Shown: positions 59,992 through 64,000 of the stretch, piece by piece
Position numbering within the stretch: the first letter of the stretch is position 1
Layout: each line of letters opens with the position of its first letter
NCBI GenBank assembly: GCA_907165135.1
Contig: OU015566.1
Span: 11,098,001-11,162,000, forward strand
Direction: 5' to 3'
DNA: 64,000 nt
Origin: Oikopleura dioica
Lineage: Eukaryota > Animalia > Chordata
Notes under the pieces: generated by a model
Database searches by the model: none
Seen by the model: the letters and a program-made list of their open reading frames with translations, nothing else
Told to the model about the DNA's origin: nothing
Made by a program: the position numbers and the translations under genes

Positions 59992-60483
59992 ATGTTACCG
60001 CTCTCTCTGCTGAAAACAGCAGTTAATCACCCTATGTTGGTGGAGCTGAAAAATGGTGAAACATACAATGGACACTTGGTCAATTGTGATAACTGGATGA
60101 ACCTCCAACTCAGGGTAAGGGACTCACTGAAATTAAGGAAGACTAACCGAATCTTTTTAGGAAGTTATCTGCACATCTCGAGACGGTGATCATTTCTGGA
60201 GGATGAACGAATGCTACGTTAGAGGATCCACTATCAAGTACCTCAGAATTCCCGACGAAGTTATCGATATGGTTAAAGAGGAAAATACTGCAAGAATGAA
60301 GGCCGCCAAGGTAGAAAAAACGCATGAAGCCTCAATTTTACTATTATTTAGAACCGAAATCGCGACCAGAACAACCGAAACAACCGAGGCGGCGGCCGTG
60401 GCGGCAACCGAGGAGGTGGCCGCGGTGGTAACCGTGGAGGTGGTCGTGGTGGCGGCCGAGGCGGCTACAACAACCAAAGATAA
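59992..60483 (+). CDS. LSM4: U6 snRNA-associated Sm-like protein LSm4
   Basis: [46 protein letters not shown] and an RGG tail after the last intron. Confidence 0.96.
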
Positions 60484-60723
60484 AAACCTCAACAAACCAC
60501 TCGGGTCCTCTTATATCGAAACGTATTGCACAGTAATCGCCTACTGTTCAATATTAACTTCGCCAACTGCCCTCCTCCCTTTATTTTTCAACACTCTGTC
60601 ATTTTTCTCTTTCGTGTAATGTTATCTGCTCAAAAGAGTTTTTTTCCTTCAGCTCAATTCAAGCTCGAGCAAGTTCATTAACCTCTTAAAATACTTAATT
60701 TCAGACCGTAACAGGACTAGAAA

Positions 60724-61058
60724 ATGACCAAAGGTACCACCTCCCGCGGTACTCGCAATGATAAGACCCATATCATCTCCCGAATCACCGGTCGACGAGC
60801 CTACCATCTCCAGAAGAAGCGAGACTCTCGAGTAAGTCTACTTTGAAGCGATCAAATTTTGACGTCTTATCTTAGCGAGGCCGATTCAACTGGTCCACCA
60901 AGGCCAAGAGACGAACTGCTCCCGGAACCGGTCGAGCAAAGCACCTGAAGGATGTCAACCGACGATTCCAGTAAGGTTGCCCCCTCCTAACTCAACTAAC
61001 GTTTTCTTTTAGCAACGGATTCCGAGAGGGACAGACCGCCAAGAAAGTCTCCAAGTAA
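60724..61058 (+). CDS. RPL37: 60S ribosomal protein eL37 lacking the zinc-finger cysteines
   Basis: MTKGTTS.G.R..KTH...AYHLQK...[10 protein letters not shown]...GTGR.KHLK...NGFREG, with two canonical short introns. Confidence 0.93.
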
Positions 61059-61148
61059 ATTGCAGTTCTCGTGAACCATTCTTCTCTCTGTACAGAATAA
61101 ACCGCTGAGAACAAAAAAAACACATAAAAACGGGTGTAGAACTTCAGA

Positions 61149-61401
<253 letters not shown>

Positions 61402-61552
61402 GCCCCGTTTTTCCCATCTCCCGTGTTCCCCCTCTCCCTGTGACTCAAGCTATACAGAAACTGCTCCAGCTACAACAATTCGTCTGTACAAAATAATGCA
61501 GAGACTCATGTTTGAAATTTTCAGAAGGAGTAAGGATTGAAAGAACGACGAG

Positions 61553-61811
61553 ATGTTTCCAGGAGGCATGAACCCATTTATGCAGCAGCAGCCACAGAAG
61601 AAGGTCAGTTTCTTGCTCTAACAGCTCATTTGACTTCTTCTTTCAGATCTCAAAGACAGAAAAGATAACCCGAAACGTGGCAATCGGTGGAGTGTGCCTT
61701 TTCTTGGGCTGCCTCTTCTGGGATACCAAAGGTGCCCCAGTCGCATCCATTCCTTACACACGCGAAATCCTCGGCACCTTCGGCTACGTCAACCACCATT
61801 TCTTCGGATAA
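61553..61811 (+). CDS. ~71-aa single-pass membrane microprotein (possibly Tom5-like)
   Basis: Two exons joined by a canonical GTCAGT...TTTCAG intron give MFPGGMNPFMQQQPQKKISKTEKITRNVAIGGVCLFLGCLFWDTKG...HFFG; acceptor upstream and AATAAA downstream. Confidence 0.65.
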
Positions 61812-62216
61812 ACTGTTCATAGAATATAATAAATTATTGATTGACCATATAAACGTGTCTCCGTGTATGCCAAATAAATATGATTAAAAATATAAATCCG
61901 CAAGTGTCTCTGTTCATCCGCGTACATATTTGGTCCAGTTATAATAAACATGAGCTAAAGCTGTCTAAAACAAGGCGATGTCCTTCACGCAATCTTATCC
62001 TTCTAAGTTGAAGAAGGCCCGATTTCGAAGTCTATAAATTGATTATTCCGAGATCATCCTCTTTCTTTTCTCTCCCTCTTTTGTCCACGGAGTCAATTTG
62101 GTATGCGCACAAAACTGACCCGTCTTCATTTCAGAAGCAAATGCAGCATTAGAATTTTCATCGACTCGAATTCGGTTACCACTGTAAGACGTTTTGGAAG
62201 CTAATAAGCCTGAACG

Positions 62217-63750
62217 ATGTTTGCCGAAATGACCTTGGCAGAGCTAAATGCTCTCGCCGATCGACAGAGGCGACAAATTGAGGAGCAAGAGAAGACACTC
62301 ACGGCGAAGCAACAGAGGTTGAGCTTCTTGACTCAACAATCTCAACAGTTAGGGATGACTTCGTGTTTATATTATTTGAAAAGCTATCATTCCTCATGAA
62401 AAGTGGGAGTAGTTCAAAAATAGCAGATTTTAGTCGTCAATAATGAAATATAATAAATATTATATTTAGAATTCTTAATTTGTAATAAAACATAAATATA
62501 TATAAATGTTACGTTGTTTTTCCTAACTAATTTGCGAGCAGGGCTGGATAATTTGAAATCAACACAAATCTCAACACCCATATTTCGGGAATTCGGCCAT
62601 CCTGATTGGTCAATAGGGCCGTTTTGGGGTGTTAAAATTTGTGTTGATTTCAAATTATCCAGCCCTGGTTGCGAGCACTAATCATCCCGTCTAAGCAAAG
62701 TAAAGATGCGGATCATCTGCGAAAATTGCGCGAAAAAGTAGGTGAACAAGAAGATCGACTTAGAATGCTGCGTGTTGGGCCTGAGCAAAACACGGCTTTA
62801 TTATCAGCTGAGCTAGACTCAGTCCGAAATCTGCTTGAAGCAAAACAGCGTGAACTCAACATGTCGATGCAGAAAGTAGAGCAACTAACAAGTGTGCTTG
62901 GCGATTTGCGCAAAACATCGACAGCGACAAACGGGGCGGAAGAAGTGAACAAGCTAAACAGAGAATTGAATGCTCTTCACAACTTGAATAATGATCAATC
63001 CCAGCGGCTTCAAGCGCAGCGGGATCTTCTTCGAAAGAAACAAGAAGAGTCCCAAGAATTAGACATGAAAATCCTCGAACTTGCAGATAGAATCAACAAA
63101 AAACGAGCAGCTCAAACGAAGGGAAGCCAGAATCAGCAAAAATACACGAATGTAGCTGCAGTTGAGCCCCTCGTCAATTCAACGCAAAATAAAATCGGTT
63201 CAAAAATTGACGGATTGCCGCAAAAGGCGCAAGTGCTGAATAATATCACTTCAAGGACGGAAATTGCGCCTGATGATGCTGATCGGAAGAAGCGAGGGCA
63301 GAGGCCTATCAGTGAAATTCTCACGCGTCAAGGTAAGGAAAAAATTACAAGCCCTTGGAACTGTCATCTTCTTTAAACAGAAAGCTCTAGGAGTCAGAAG
63401 TGACAACGAGTCCCTCGTAGATCAAAAAAAGTTTACATCAATGAATCAATAAACGTAACCTTTCATAAAGAAACGTGACTTGTGAAGGCGCATCAAAGTT
63501 GATTTTTTTATTTAAATTTATTATTCAAGACCAAAAAGACTCCAAATCAAAATCATCGTCTTTGGCACCGGGCAACTCGCTTTTCCAGTACCGTAATCCT
63601 TCCGAAGAAAAGCCTCGTCCACCGCCACCAAGCTACACTGAAGCTCTATCCAGGCGCTCCCTGCCTGGACAAGCGTCACGAGGAAAACTAGGCATAAAAA
63701 AGCCCGGTAAGTGTATTTTATTTTTGGCAGCAAAAACATTCGTCCCGTGC
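62217..63750 (+). CDS. ASPP family (TP53BP2/PPP1R13B)-like protein, N-terminal coiled-coil part; continues beyond the window and may start further upstream
   Basis: MTLAELNALADRQRRQIEEQEKTLTAKQQRLSFL matches the ASPP LTL.EL..MA.RQ..QI..Q...L.AKEQRL..L motif; also KQRELN..V.KVEQL and VAAVEP. Confidence 0.8.
62539..62667. mobile_element. hAT-type MITE, 129 bp, in an ASPP-like intron
   Basis: Perfect 31-bp TIR CAGGGCTGGATAATTTGAAATCAACACAAAT; 8-bp TSD TTTGCGAG / GTTGCGAG (7 of 8 match). Confidence 0.88.
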
Positions 63751-64000
63751 ACACATTCATCGAAAAACGCAAATTTACGCATATATCCGTGGCTTTTTCA
63801 ACTCTGTATTAGAGAAACAGGCAATTGAATTGCAAACAATAAAATGAATAGGATTGTCCAGCGCAGAGTGCCACAAGGAGGCGCTTGCTTTAAATTTATT
63901 CAACGCAGACTGAAACACAGACCATTCATGAATTGAAGCATATTTTTAATATCTAGAGAAAATATGGCGACAGTATTCCAAGCAATATGCGAGATAAGCA

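Noticed and set aside
60330-60619. Thr/Ala/Val-rich C-terminus of ORF 60203-60619
   Set aside because: It reads through an LSM4 intron into the wrong frame; the correct frame is the RGG tail ending at 60483.

Overview
Eukaryotic, very gene-dense genomic DNA using the standard code. It has mostly ~40-60 nt introns, some non-canonical (GC/GG/GA-AG), and runs of co-oriented housekeeping genes with a 3' splice acceptor just upstream of each ATG (SL trans-spliced operon layout). This combination points to an appendicularian tunicate such as Oikopleura (inference). Left to right: (1) 3' part of a giant mosaic gene (GH9 cellulase domain, Thr linker, kelch-like repeats, 17 TSP1 repeats, EGF repeats, TM), with an antisense gene nested in its intron and one in-frame TAA; (2) a small, very divergent iGluR/IR-like gene; (3) a cytochrome P450; (4) an ORF-poor stretch of about 5.5 kb containing a foldback/MULE-type element; (5) PCSK7; (6) CFAP276; (7) a class A GPCR with an N2.50/D7.49 swap, head-to-head with a small secreted-protein gene; (8) two inverted ZP-domain paralogs flanking an LRR-Ig receptor, a p24-like gene, a PY-motif membrane protein and an intronless Met/Leu/Asp repeat protein; (9) a GT31-like gene with degenerate catalytic motifs, transgelin, KCTD7/14 and an hnRNPU-like gene hosting tRNA-Pro; (10) a plus-strand operon-like array: LMBRD2, RWDD1, TRMT112, CUSTOS-like, eIF4A, LSM4, a zinc-less RPL37, RPB10, a microprotein and an ASPP-like gene. 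All gene identities come from motif recognition without database searches. Multi-exon CDS coordinates are outer spans.
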